DNA from: the human T2T-CHM13v2.0 reference genome, Homo sapiens
Direction: 5' to 3' (one strand)
DNA length: 64,000 bases
Assembly: GCF_009914755.1 (NCBI RefSeq)
Contig: NC_060928.1
This document shows, piece after piece, positions 14,580 to 29,458 of this stretch. The position numbers and the translations under genes were made by a program. Numbering within the stretch: position 1 is the first letter of the stretch; the number at the start of each line of letters is the position of its first letter. Under the pieces are notes generated by a model. That model had not been told where the DNA came from. It ran no database searches and was given only the letters and a program-made list of their open reading frames with translations.

Positions 14580-15769
14580 TTAGCCTAACTTTCTCCACCT
14601 GGATATTCTTTTGATCTTTTTTCCTTATTAAATTAAAATGTACCAAAATGCAATGCCTGTTCTTTAGCAGATCAGGCAGTTCAATGTACAAAACCTGAAT
14701 AAATATCTCCCACCCCCACCCCCAGAGCTGTATGCAATTTGAGTGATTCTTTAAAGGACTTGTTAAAATGCCAAAATAGTGCCACAGAAAACACGTCAAA
14801 TAAAGATTTAAGTTTTCTTTATGAAAAAAAAGTGTTTAACAAGGGTTTATGGGGTTTTATAAAAACACCTTAACACCTTACAGACCTAAGGGGGAAAAAG
14901 CTCTGTTTAAGTATCATACACCAATAGCAGACCACCCAATGCTGATGACTAGAAGCCTCAAACAGACCCATCCTTGGGAGCCTATGTGGAGACCCTTAAT
15001 TTTATGGTCATTTTAATTGTATTTGGGTTATTACCTCATGCCCCAGCAAACACCTACAGTATTTATTAAAAATGAGTGTAGAACACTGTTCTAGTTAAAG
15101 TATGTATTAGCCAAAATCATAAACTAAGTATGCTTCACCATAAATTAACTGGGTGTTTAGTGTTTCTTTGCCTTTAAGTTATATTTATTTTCTTATAACA
15201 TGGTATGCTTCACTATGTACCAAATCAATGTTAACTGACTTGGCATTTAGACAGGCTCTTCTATCTCTAGGTCATACACCCACAAACACACCTGCCCTCC
15301 ATATTATAAAGTGATAAGTACAGTTAACTGCTGATATTCAAAAGAATGACTATAAAAGATCATTGGGGCTGAAAAGTAAACAAGTCTTGAAAAGAAAACC
15401 TTTCATTTTGCAATCATCTAGAGTCTAGCTGTAGTACTACTACTTACATCAATGTTGGTTCAGAAACAAAAATCAGTAGTCTTCTACAGCAAAACAAAAG
15501 GAAAATATTGGAAAGAAATGAAAAATACTCCTTCATTTTGTAGAGTCTAGATTATGGATTTTTAATATTCTGCTTCATCACTCAGCAGAAAAAAATTAAT
15601 AGGTAAGGACAACATAAAGAATTAAGAGTTCATCCTCTTTACCACCACCACTTTCTGCCTAGATTTTCTAGCATAACTCCCTTAATTACCAAATTTGTAG
15701 CTGCTTCTATTTTCTTACCTCATTATTCCATAACCCATTAAATTTAGCATCTGGACAATCCTCTCCCCC

Positions 15770-17000
<1,231 letters not shown>

Positions 17001-17014
17001 TGGAAAACAAACTG

Positions 17015-17525
17015 TACATTTGCCTCCTCAATACCCATTCTCTTCTTCTTTTTTACTAGTAGAACTCCAATTTTATTCTAGCTAATTTTAAATTTCTTGT
17101 TATTATTACATAATAACATTTCCTAGCCTTGTTTGTTGATGGGGTGCCCATGAGATATAGGCAGTGGTGTTAGGGGACATCTGGAGAGGGTTGAGTCACT
17201 TGGGAGGGATGCTGTTTTTGCCCTTGTCCCCTCTTCTCTTCTTCCAGCCTGGTCTGTGGTGATAATGGCTAGAGCTTTAACAGACATATTGGACCATGAC
17301 CTGAGGCAGCTTTGAAGATGGAAGCTATGAGTTACGGATAGTAGAATACAAACATGAAGGAAGCCTCAGTCCTTGGTGACTCTGGTGCTTCCATACCACC
17401 CTGACTGCCTACTTCCAAACGTTTCTTATAGAAAACTTTAAAAATTAAAATCAACCTTTACCTTATTTCAAATACTGTTTGGGGAGAGGCATTTGTTTTA
17501 TGCAACTAAATCAATTCTATTATTT
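17015..17525. mobile_element. Ancient ERVL LTR (LTR33-like)
   Basis: atacccattctcttc..., catttcctagcc, ttggaccatga, gaagatggaagc, ctgcctacttcca motifs. Confidence 0.6.
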
Positions 17526-17659
17526 TACATTTTCTTTTTAAGTACAAGATGAACCAGTTAAAAAAAGATCTGTGGTCAGTATCTAGCCAGCAAGCCACCT
17601 ATTTATGATTCTTGCTGGGGGCACAGAAGACATACTAAAAGTTAATAAGTTATAGAAGG

Positions 17660-17661
17660 TA

Positions 17662-17698
<37 letters not shown>

Positions 17699-17715
17699 TC
17701 TCTATATATATTCTG

Positions 17716-17769
<54 letters not shown>

Positions 17770-17771
17770 TA
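17660..17771. repeat. (TG)~14 ... (AC)22 compound microsatellite forming an inverted repeat
   Basis: Direct reading; see findings. Confidence 0.97.
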
Positions 17772-19003
17772 TTTCCTAGCTCTGGCCACTGAAAAGCCTG
17801 GAAGCAATGACACTCTAGCAGCAGTGAATGCATGTAGAACCCAAATATTGACTTCCATATTCCATTTTTCTCATGGCAATACAAGGAATCGGTTCTATGA
17901 GGAGAAATGGTTGATTCCAGAGCTAAGGCAGGGAAAATACAGGCTGAGCTTGGAACTTTCCTGTCAGTAAGTAAGGAAGTGTTTTTTTTGAATGAGGTAG
18001 GCATGTTGAAAGGACACAGGAGCCAACTTGCAAGAGTATTCAATGGCCACTTCTGTGACAATTTGAACATGAAAATAAATAATGATAGTAATACATTATA
18101 ACCAGTAGAATAAAGTAAACATTCGTGAGTCCATGGTGATATAAGTAATTGAATAAAAAAATCAATGTGGAAGAAGAAAAAGCTCTTTTATACAGTAGAA
18201 TTTCAATTAATAAATGTAAAAGAGATGGTAAAAATAATAAAATCATCATTTTGCAAATACTTGAGTTAATAGTTATTGTGAGCCATAATCATCAGCAGAT
18301 TGTTGATTTGACAACTGAGGCACTTAAAATTGTGGGCAAAAATACAGTGAGAAACAGGATGCTTGCATGATCCCAACATAACTTCCTATAAAATACTTGT
18401 TAAAGGGGAAAAGGAACTTTAAATGCAGCAACCTGGTGAACACCTTCTGAACCAAGTGATCAAAATTAACATCATCAGTAATGAGACAGATTTACATTAT
18501 GTACCTCCTGATACGATGCACTGAGAAAGATATCACATCACTCTAGCAGTATTCTTGCCAAAAATGCATGATTCAACATGTACGTTTCAATGTGAGGAAA
18601 CATGAGATAAACCCAAATGGAAAAATATTCTGCAAAAATAAATGGCCAGAACTCTTCAAAAGTTTCAAGGTCAGAGCAACAAAGAAAGTTTCAAGAACTG
18701 TCTCAGATTAGAGGAAACTAAAGTGACATACCAATTAAATGCAGTGTAGAATATTGGTTTGGTCTTGGACCATAAAGAAGACTTTAGTGGAACAAATGGA
18801 AAAATTTGCATAAAATCTATAGATTAGGTAATAATATTCTATCAATGTTAATTTCCTAGTTTTGATTATTGTACTATGGTTATGATTATTGTACTATGAT
18901 TATGACATTAATATTTGGGGAAGCTGAGTAAAGGGCATATGGAAATTTTCTACTATTTTTGTATATATTTTGGAAGTCTGAACTTATTTCAAAATAAAAA
19001 GCT
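17772..19003 (+). mobile_element. L1MC/L1MD-type 3' UTR
   Basis: gagaaatggttgattccagagctaaggcagggaaaatac, ttgccaaaaatgcat, ending tctgaacttatttcaaaataaaaa. Confidence 0.75.
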
Positions 19004-19058
19004 TAGTGGCATTTTGGGCTGGATGATAAATATATTTTTATAGTAATAATTTAAATAA

Positions 19059-19376
<318 letters not shown>

Positions 19377-19619
19377 AATAAAAAGTTTTAAAAGTTAATT
19401 GGTTAATGGTTATGTTAACATATTGTTCTTTGTGTTAACAGTATGCTATGCATTTCTAATAGAGCTGGCTATCTATCTCAGAATATTTCTAGAAAAATAT
19501 TTTTCTCAAATAATTTTAAGTAGATCACTGACAATGGGGATCTCTGAATTAGCAGTGCTGTCCCAGGGTGACCACCTCAGATGCATATATAAAATGTCCT
19601 GAAATATCACTGAATGTTT

Positions 19620-20130
19620 TCTGAGGCAGGCAGTGGGATGATACAAGTGGAGTCTAAGGAAGATCTACATGGCAATGATATCACAGAAAGGAAGCACACA
19701 GCAAAGTAAGAAGTGGTGATCTAAATGAGTGTGGATGAGGATTGGAACTCTGGTCGGCAGTTAGGATGGAAGGAAAATATTAGAGAAATTCACATTTTAA
19801 AGTTAAAGTTCAGGATTTGGTAACTGCATTTAAAAAACAAGGAAGGAGACGCAGATGCTAGCTATCATCAAAGATAGCAGCATCTTGATAGAAATAAGCA
19901 AATGGGGAGGGACAGATGATGAACCCAATTTTGGCCACAATGAACTTTAAATAATGATGGAACATTTGGAGATATGAGGCTGGAACTCAGAAAAGAGATT
20001 CAAGCTGGAAGTACATTTGTGTCACCAGCAAAATGTCAATTGCTGCAATTATTAGAACGTATGAACTCTTTGATGGAGAAATTACAACAAAGAAAATCAC
20101 AGGAACAGGGCTGCAGAGGGGAACAAGGCT
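19620..20130 (-). mobile_element. L2 fragment
   Basis: Purine-rich L2 motifs: caggatttggtaact, ggaactcagaaaagagatt.aagctgga. Confidence 0.55.
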
Positions 20131-20711
20131 AGAAATAGGCTCTTCTCATACTTCTATGCCCAATTATTAGCAGAAAACGTGACAAGTTTAGTTTAAAAAT
20201 TACAGCAGGCAACTTTTGAGTTGGTTCCTGCCTCATGATGATCCTCCATTTCTGGGAATGGCTTATGACGATAGGGTTGGAGTTGCAGTGACCATGTCTG
20301 ACCCTGCACCTTGGCCATAGCTGAGTAATCAAAAGAATATAAGCTGGACCAAGCAAAGCTAAGAAGTTTCCTTCCCATGAGTAAGTAGAATCTGGAAGTA
20401 GTTTATCCAGTGTCCTTCCGGGTGAATTGAAACCTTGTGCCCAGCTTCTGGTTTTCACTCTATTTCCCTGCTGGGATAGAAGCCCAGCCCTGAACCCCAG
20501 CCAAAAAGTTATAGCCCTTGCTCTACTGACTTCTTGCCAGTTCAGGACACAAACCCCGTAGTGGTACCATCACCACTACCATCCTAAATTTCCTCAGCTA
20601 CTAGATATTTGTGCATTAACTCAAAAAGACCTCTCAGCAACACACTCAGATAATGGGATAATCCACAAAACCTGAGATATTAGCCTGCCAAAAGCCTTTT
20701 GAAAACGACTT

Positions 20712-21010
<299 letters not shown>

Positions 21011-21227
21011 TGCAAATGACTTATTTACATTCATAGGTAGACTACAAACACAGCAACACATTTTGCAGTTTAATTCACTGCAATGACACAATAGCAGCCA
21101 TAGTTTAAGTGAGAGGTAAGAAGTCTTTGCTATTCAATCATGGTGCAATCACACACTTGAATGGATATCTATTCTTACATTATAAATGAATGTCAATCAT
21201 AAAGCAGATTCCTCACCTGGAAAGTGA

Positions 21228-21578
<351 letters not shown>

Positions 21579-24500
21579 TAATTTTTTTTTTAACCAAGCA
21601 ATGATTTTCACTTTTTATACCCATCTTGTTTCCCCCCACCCCCCAATAATGCTTATGTAACTAAGGACAGCAGTGATCGCACAGTGTTGTATGGTTAGTT
21701 GTCATATGAGTTTTTCTCCTTTGAGTTCCTTCAACATGGGGATTTTGTTTCACTTACTCCTTGTATCTGGGTGTCATATATGGTCATTTGCTCACAGTAA
21801 GCTTCAATAAGCACTGATTGAACTGCAACATGAACAACTTGTTACAACACTATATACCAAACACTCCACACTTAAGCAAAACTTGCAAAGTCTGAGTTTT
21901 CTTTATAGTTCTTAACTATTCCTTACATCCTGAAAAAAATATTTTTAGATAAAAGTAGGCATATTTAACTTCATCAGGGGAACCTTGAGCTTTTTTGGCT
22001 ATTCAATAGTAGGAAATGAGGGGAAAAAAGCAATTATTGTATGGATTAATATGATCCACCTTCAGAAAGAACGTAGGGCAATTTACAACATGCCAGAGGA
22101 TGCGAGAACTGGCAAGCTTCATCTTATTGATGCTCAGATTCCCTGAAGCTACATAAAAATGTAGATGATAAGGATGAGCAGAGGCACAGAGAAAGCACCA
22201 GAACCTTAAGGTAAATAACAGACATGGTAGAGTTTGAGCTACAGTGGAATCATTTTCATCCTGAAAAATTTGCCCCAGAGATTTCTTTGGTCCCATGAAA
22301 AACATTTTATGAAATATATACATACTAGTTTTCCTTGTTACCCCTAGTGGAGAAACAATGCTTTGAGAGCATAGCAGAAGAGAGAGTTGTTAAAAAATAA
22401 GTTTTACAAAAATGTAAAAGCACGACTGTGATACATATATAAAAATGAACACGTGTTAAAACTTTCCCATGTCATATGATATGAAGGAACTGGGCAGATG
22501 TTATAACCAGTTCAAAGAGAAAGTCAAAACAGTACAAATTTATAAGGAGTAAAAAATGAGGAGATGAATTGCAAAGAGGGACTAAAATTAGTTTTTCCAT
22601 ATCGAGGAGAAGGTGTATTAAAATCACTACTAGAACAGCCACAAGGTACATATTTATTAGTTACCTAAAATCTACAAAGCACTGAAAAATAGCTCAAAGA
22701 CAATGTGCAGGGCTAGAATTGGATCATCTGGAAGCCTGTACTGTTGATGATGCAGTTTTCCTTGAAACATACAATATTTTCTACAGTTTACTTGACTCTC
22801 AGGCCCAACAGATCTCTTCAATCATGCATGTTTCAGCCATGCTTTGATAAGCAAATTGCTGTGTTTGATACTTACACTCTCTACTGGTATCTGAGATGCC
22901 AGTATTCCATTAAAAAGGAGACACTTTTTTCATATTAGGGATCTATGTGTGATGGAGCTGACCTTATGCCTTTAAAATTCCGAGGGACCTGACATTCTCT
23001 GTCCCAGTGCAGAAACAGTACACAGAGGTTTTGCTTATAAACAAGGCCAAATTATTTTCCCAATAAGGAATGCTGACTGTTCAAATGCTCAGGTGAGTAT
23101 TGAGTTGAGACTCTCAGGGTCTGTGCCATGAAGTGGGAAGATAAATTTAGGTCTGAAAAGTTTTGAAGGCTGGTATTATCAGGCTTCATACTTGCAACAG
23201 TTTCTTCGGGAGCAGAACCTCCCTGATGAACCAGCGTTTTCCACAGCTTTAGAACCACTCTCCATGGTTCTTACTCTTTTATTTCACTTGCCCAATTCAC
23301 AGAAGCAAAGTGCTATTCCTGCAAGTTAAGTTCTAAATACTGAGGCAGAAAGCTTGTTAGGTTGCCGAGCCCTTCTTCCCTGCAAGTCACCCTCCTGCCA
23401 CACACAGTGACCTCACCCCTTGGCCATCCTCTGGCACCACTGTGGTGGTCTGGCCTTATTATCCTATCTCAGCCCAGGCACTGAAGAGTCTTTGTTCCTG
23501 TATCTGAACTTGTTGTGTGGGTGTATCCATTCTTTCTGTTTCATCCCCACCGATCCCTCCAGGAGCTCCACTCCACTCTCTCCTGCCCCAGGCCACTCCT
23601 TCTTCTCAGGAATGTTTCTCTTATCTATTTTCCTGTTCATGGCAGCTGACAGCTTTATTCAGAGTCTAAAGACTCATATAATCCTGAGCAAGTAGGCTGG
23701 GGGAGGGATTAGCATCCCTTCTAAACAGAAGGGGTGGTTCCTAGATGACCAGGCGCTCTAAAAACTACCAATTGGCTGCCTTGACCATAAAAGCAGTTCA
23801 GCCTGGCCTCGGTGAATGTCTGGTTTTCTTTTTTTAAGTAGAATTATATCCTGATGGACCCACCCGAGTAAGTTAGAAGCAAAATATACATTCAAATAGC
23901 TGAATGAGCTGACCTGTTGTATAGGGTTACTTAGTATTGTTCATTTAAATACTGGAGAATGTCTGTCAAACACAATGGTTTTCGTTGTAGCATGGTTGAT
24001 GTTAAACTGTTCTGACAGTAAGTAGCCAACAGGTTCAGCAGCTTTAAAAGAAAAATCCTGGTTTGTGTTAATAAAACCATGTCATCGGCATCAAGAAGGG
24101 CATACTATTTATTATGCCTTGAAGCATTCTTCCCATTTATTGAAAGCTGTATCAAGTTATATATGTGTGAGCTATGACGCCAAATTAGGACACTGCCCTA
24201 TTTTATACATTTAGAATTGGAATTTTATCCTATTCATGAGAAACTCAGAATATACACCAGGATTATGGAGCTTAATTCGTGAGTTATTCAAAAGACATTC
24301 ATTGAGTAACCCATTGTTCTATAAACTGGAGATAGATAAATAAGACATGGTCTCTATCTTAGAGGAATTTAAGATAAAGTGGAGAAGACAGTGCAAATGA
24401 ATATTACATTTTCACAGTGTTAGGACATCACTGTTGGTCACTGGTATATTCCTGGTGTCTAGGATTCCTGGATTTTTATTAAAACTTGAACAGAAATGGA

Positions 24501-26255
24501 ATTCAGTGGTGGTATTATGACACATGGTTTTAAGGGGAACACTAAAAAGTAATCTGATCAGAAAATTAAAACACTAAGAAAAGTCATATTTTGTTTTCAC
24601 TCCTCATATTTTTAATAGAAAAATAAAGCAGTGCATGTATATCCTAAAAAATTATCCACAATCCCATCATTTCATTATTCTTAATAATTTCTTCCTAAGG
24701 AGTAACAATGCTTATTAGATTACACCTAAAATCTGCTCATTCTTCATCTAAGATATGTAAGACATATTGTTAGAGCTAATTAGGAAAAAGTGTTTGCCTA
24801 AGAGCAGTGAACTTAATTTTGTTGTGTTTTTAAGCTTAAAGTGATCATGAGTTACTAGATCCCATTTAGTAAAAGATTTGAATTTACAGAATACAAAGCG
24901 ATTGTCATATGACCCTACAGCTGAAGCAGATAACTTCTTGCACTACTAGAGATTAGTACTATTATGGTTTATCTTAAAGAAGCCTTCCCTGGAAACATAT
25001 TTCCTACATTTGTATTTATTACTGGTTCTGTGAATTCAAGCTAAAGTTTTTCATGGAAATCAGTCATAACCACCCCTTCCTTCCAACCACTCCAAAAAGA
25101 CAAATGAGTTAGAAAATAATCTGGGCTTCTCCGCAGGACTAGTACACTGAAATTCAACACCAGGTTTGCCTCACCTTACCTTGGTCTCTGACTTTGGTCA
25201 AGTTATCTCTTTGTACCTGTTTTCTCACCCAAAATTCCATATCACTAAAAGATGATGAAAACCAAATTATGACTAAAGATTTAAAGGATAAATGTGTTTG
25301 TTTTTCAGAAAAGAATAAGCTACAGATACCAAACCCCTTTAAGATAACAATGTCAACAAAAATGGCTGTCTTTCACATTTTTTATCTATAATTTGTTCAC
25401 CTTTAAAATGGAAGATTGACTTAAATGATCTCTTGGCTCCAATGTGGTATGAAAATTTTGTAACTATGTTATTCTATTACCAAGAGAATTATATCCAGAG
25501 AGGTAAGAAAAAAAATAGCAGACAACAAACATAGATACTACATCCAAAGTAAACATCTCTAAGACTTTTCCAATTTACCTTCTCCCAATAAGAAAGTAAA
25601 ATCTCAAAGAGTCTTATCTGATGGCAAAAAGGTGCTCTGAAACTTATAGTCTGACTGAGGCCCACAGTCAAGAAATTGATGTGGTCAAAACCACAGCAAA
25701 TTAGGCATAGAGGCAGAAGGAATCATTTAGAGTAAACTGGAAAGGAATTTGCTATTTTCTCCATTCTGGTTTTTTTCAAACCAATAGAAAAATTACTTCC
25801 AAAGCAATTTTTGAGTTGTGTTCAATGATATATCAAAGTAGAAATATCCTTTGGTATTTCTCTAGGCCACGTGTATCTTCTTGGGTGGCTAAAGACCCTC
25901 AGCTTTCAGCGTATTTGAGATGTGTATTAATGGCTTAGTATAATGAAGTATCTTAATGGCATATTTACTGAAGCACTTAATGTATTCCTTGGGGGTGAAG
26001 AGATCAAGTGTATCCCTGTTAAATCACAGAGGCTTGCTAGAGACAGTATAATGGCTGCTGCAGGCTGGAGTCCACAGACTCACTCTCTGGCTCATTGATA
26101 ACCTCAACATGTCAAATTTATAATTTGTCACAAGGCATTTTGAATTAGAACCTCAGACATTTTGTCAATACCTGTCAATCCACACCCAGTAAAGAAAGCA
26201 ATACAGTATCAAGCCAAAGATTTAATTTAACAAACTGGCTATAAACCTGTCATGG

Positions 26256-26279
26256 GTTGTTGTTGTTGTTGTTGTTGTT
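26256..26279. repeat. (GTT)8 microsatellite
   Basis: Direct reading. Confidence 0.9.
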
Positions 26280-29112
26280 TTTAGTTTCCGTTTTTTCATC
26301 ACTTCCCAAGCCAAATCCAACCAAATATGCAAGGCTCAAAAGAATCACTCTGAGTTGAGAGACATCACCACAGCCTTCCTCACCACCCATTTGTGTGATC
26401 TATTAGATACTGGCTGGCCAATAGGGCCTCAGTTTATTTGTCCATCAAATAAAGAGATTAAGCTAAATGGTTTTCGGAACTAATATTCCATAATTCTACT
26501 CATTTTTTTCAGGGGGTATGTAGCAGTTTGAAGAACGCTGAATTAAGCTAAATGTCCAATTTTTACCTAAAAGCAATTTTCTTTCTTTTTTCTTTTTTCC
26601 TCAAAATAATCTCTATGGTACAAAAAGTTGAAGGTACCTATTTTAGCTTTATTTTTAAGGACGATATTTAAATAATAAAACCAGGAATGGCTTTAAAGAA
26701 GCAGTCATCATGAAAAGAAGACAAAAGTTGTAATTTGGAATAGAATTGCTTTTCAATGAAATAATGCCAAATATGAGTGTATTTTCTTTAATCTATCTAT
26801 ATAGGTATGAATAACATGCCAGCAACCCTGTATTGTAAACTTTTTCACCAAGGAAGAGGCCCCTTTAAATAAACTATCTTTATTGTAGTTAATATAAGAA
26901 GTGGGGAAAAAAGGGCTAATTCTGAAAGGGACCTGGGAATTCAAAATCACTCCTTTATACCACCTAGAAGAAAATATATAAGAATAAAACTATACAGAGT
27001 GATATCAGCAAGATGGCAGAGTAGGAGAAACAAATATTTTTCCCCCTCCAACAAAAAACAACAAACAAACACATATCTATGAATAATAGCCTTAAGAAGA
27101 CTCAAGCATTTGTTTAAGAACCTGCAGCGACACAGTGTAGCAAAAGAAAAAAGAAACAGAGAATAACCACATAGGATGAATCATTGGGGAGATCAGCACA
27201 CCTGAGACACCTGGAGATGACTAGAAACAAGATGGGTGAGGGCCGTCAGTATCAGCCATGTAGCAGGTGCCACCATGGTCCCCAGGGGCCTGTCCTGCAG
27301 AGAACACAGGCATCTTTCCCCATTGAGATAACCAACAGCCATCCTACCATGAACCCCCAGAGAGGTAGATATTATTGTGACCTCCTGCAAAGAAGGGGCC
27401 GTTGGTATGCTGCTCCTGAACCAGAATCACCAACCCTCTTCCCCACATGCACCCGTGACCCCAGAGTCATGGCCACTTTGTGCATGCCCACACTTCAGAC
27501 CTTGGCTCTGCAGCTACTTCACTCTTGCCTCCATTCCAGACCATGTGCAGCCATGCCTCAATCACCAGAGCCACCACTGATAGAGGCTTGCTCCACCCCA
27601 GGTCTCAGAGCCTCAGTTACCCTGTGCATGCTCACACCCACACCCTGGTTCTGCAACCATTCTATGAGTGCCTAAACATCTAACACCTGAGTTACTGTCA
27701 CGGAGAGCTAGCACATTCCCCATACCCTGGAGTTGTTGCAGCTCCTTGCATGGCTACACTCCAGACCCTGGTCTGCAGCTGCTCCACTTGAGCCTTGCAC
27801 AACATTACCAATGAACTATCATGAAAACCTATACCCCAGACACCAGTGCCACTACCACTGCAGGCTCTGGAGCCTTGGCCCCTCTATGCATGCCCATGCT
27901 TCAGATGCTGGCTCCATGGCCACGCCACAAGTACAACATATCAAACACTTGTGCCTCTGCCACAAGCACACCTAAAAGCTGAATCTAGCACAAAAGGGAT
28001 CACCTCACCAAAACTTCCCCAGAGAGAGAAAAAAAGGTCAGGAGGACCCCAGAAGCCTTTTCCATCTAAGACCCTAACAGCTTTCACCATTACTGCAGAC
28101 TCCAACAACCTTGGCTGCTGAGGATCTCAGCAATACTTGTCAATGTCAACCTCAGCAAACAGAGCTGCACAAAGACTAGAATCCTGCTCCCTCTCTGGAG
28201 CCAGAACCATCACATCCCACCCAACTGGCAGCCTTGTAACCACTTGTAGGATAAGATCTTTCCCCACTGAAACCATGAAGTCTGGAAGAGGTGAATTTTC
28301 CATCAAATATGCAGATATCAATGAGAGGCAATAAAAAATATGAAAAGGCAAGAAAACATAACACCATCCAAAGAACACAATAATTTCTCAGTAAATGACC
28401 TCTAAGAAACAGAGATCTATGAATCAGGTGAAAAGGAATTCCAAATAGTTGTTTTAAGGAAGCTCAGTGAGCTGCAAGAGAACACAGAGATATAATTCAA
28501 CAAAATGAGGAAAATAATACATGACTAAAATAAGAAGTTTAACAGAGATTGAAATCATAAAATAGAATCAAACAGAAATTCTGAGCTTAAGAATACAATG
28601 AGTGAAATTAAAAATACAGCAGACAGTGTCAACAGTAGACTTAAGCAAAAGAAAGAATCTGTGGACTCTAACACAGGTTATTTGAAAATATATGGTTAAA
28701 GGAGGAAAAAGCAAAAGACAGAGAGAATCTTAAAAGCAGCAAAAGAAAAATAAATCCTCACATACAAAGAAACCTATATAAGACTATCAGCAGATTTCTC
28801 CACAGACATTTTACAGGCCAGGAGACAGTGGGATGATATATTCAAAGCACTGAAGGAAAAAAACTGCCAACCAAGAATATCTTACCTAAGAAACCTATCC
28901 TTCAAAAATTAAAAAAAAAAAAACATAACATTTTACCAGATCAACAAAAGCTGATGGACTTCATCACCATTATATTTGCCTTACAAGAAATGCTAATGGA
29001 AGTTCTTCAAGCTAAAATGAAAGAATGCTAATTAGTAATATAAAAACACAGGGGTGTATAAAACTCACTGGTAAAAAATAAATCCATGGTCAAATTCAGA
29101 ATGGTCTAATAC

Positions 29113-29458
29113 AGATAGATACAGGAGGCATATAAAAGGGAGGGTCCCTAGAGAGTCTCTGACCGGCCTGTGCACTGGGAGAACAAGGCGGAGCCATAGG
29201 AAGTTCACGCTGTGTGCAGGGGGGTAGGAGCATGGCCTCTTCAGTTCCTGTGTGTGTGACCTGGAATCTGTGAGGTGGAGGGCCTATTAGCAGGACCCCC
29301 TCTTGCTTTGCTGAGAGTCTTTTTTCTTTATTTCTTTTTCCTTTTCACCCAATAAGTTCCATTCCCCTCACCCTTAAATGTGTCTGTATTCCTAATCCTT
29401 CCTGGTCGTGTGACAAGAACCTGGTTTTAGCTGAACTAAGGAGCAAAGTTCTACATCA
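29113..29458 (+). mobile_element. 5' LTR of ERV1 provirus (MER61-like, MER4 group)
   Basis: Direct repeat of 37963-38319; ends ...ctacatca; preceded by TSD atac (29109-29112). Confidence 0.85.

Noticed and set aside
14830-14880. Loose inverted repeat aagtgtttaa...ttaacacctt
   Set aside because: Too imperfect and AT-rich to exceed chance.
18863-18902. 20-bp tandem duplication tgattattgtactatg(g/a)tta
   Set aside because: Common slippage duplication in a dead L1; two units only.
23842-23867. Mini-frame ELYPDGPTR reminiscent of a VPS13 DGPTR motif
   Set aside because: Only five matching residues and no neighbouring exons; consistent with chance.
27184-27975. Cluster of overlapping ORFs up to 163 aa
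   Set aside because: They lie in the GC-richer, internally repetitive L1MA 5'UTR where stops are rare; no recognisable domain.
29113-29458. p53 site in the MER61-like LTRs
   Set aside because: Only an isolated imperfect half-site (gagcatggcc) in the 5' LTR, absent from the 3' LTR.
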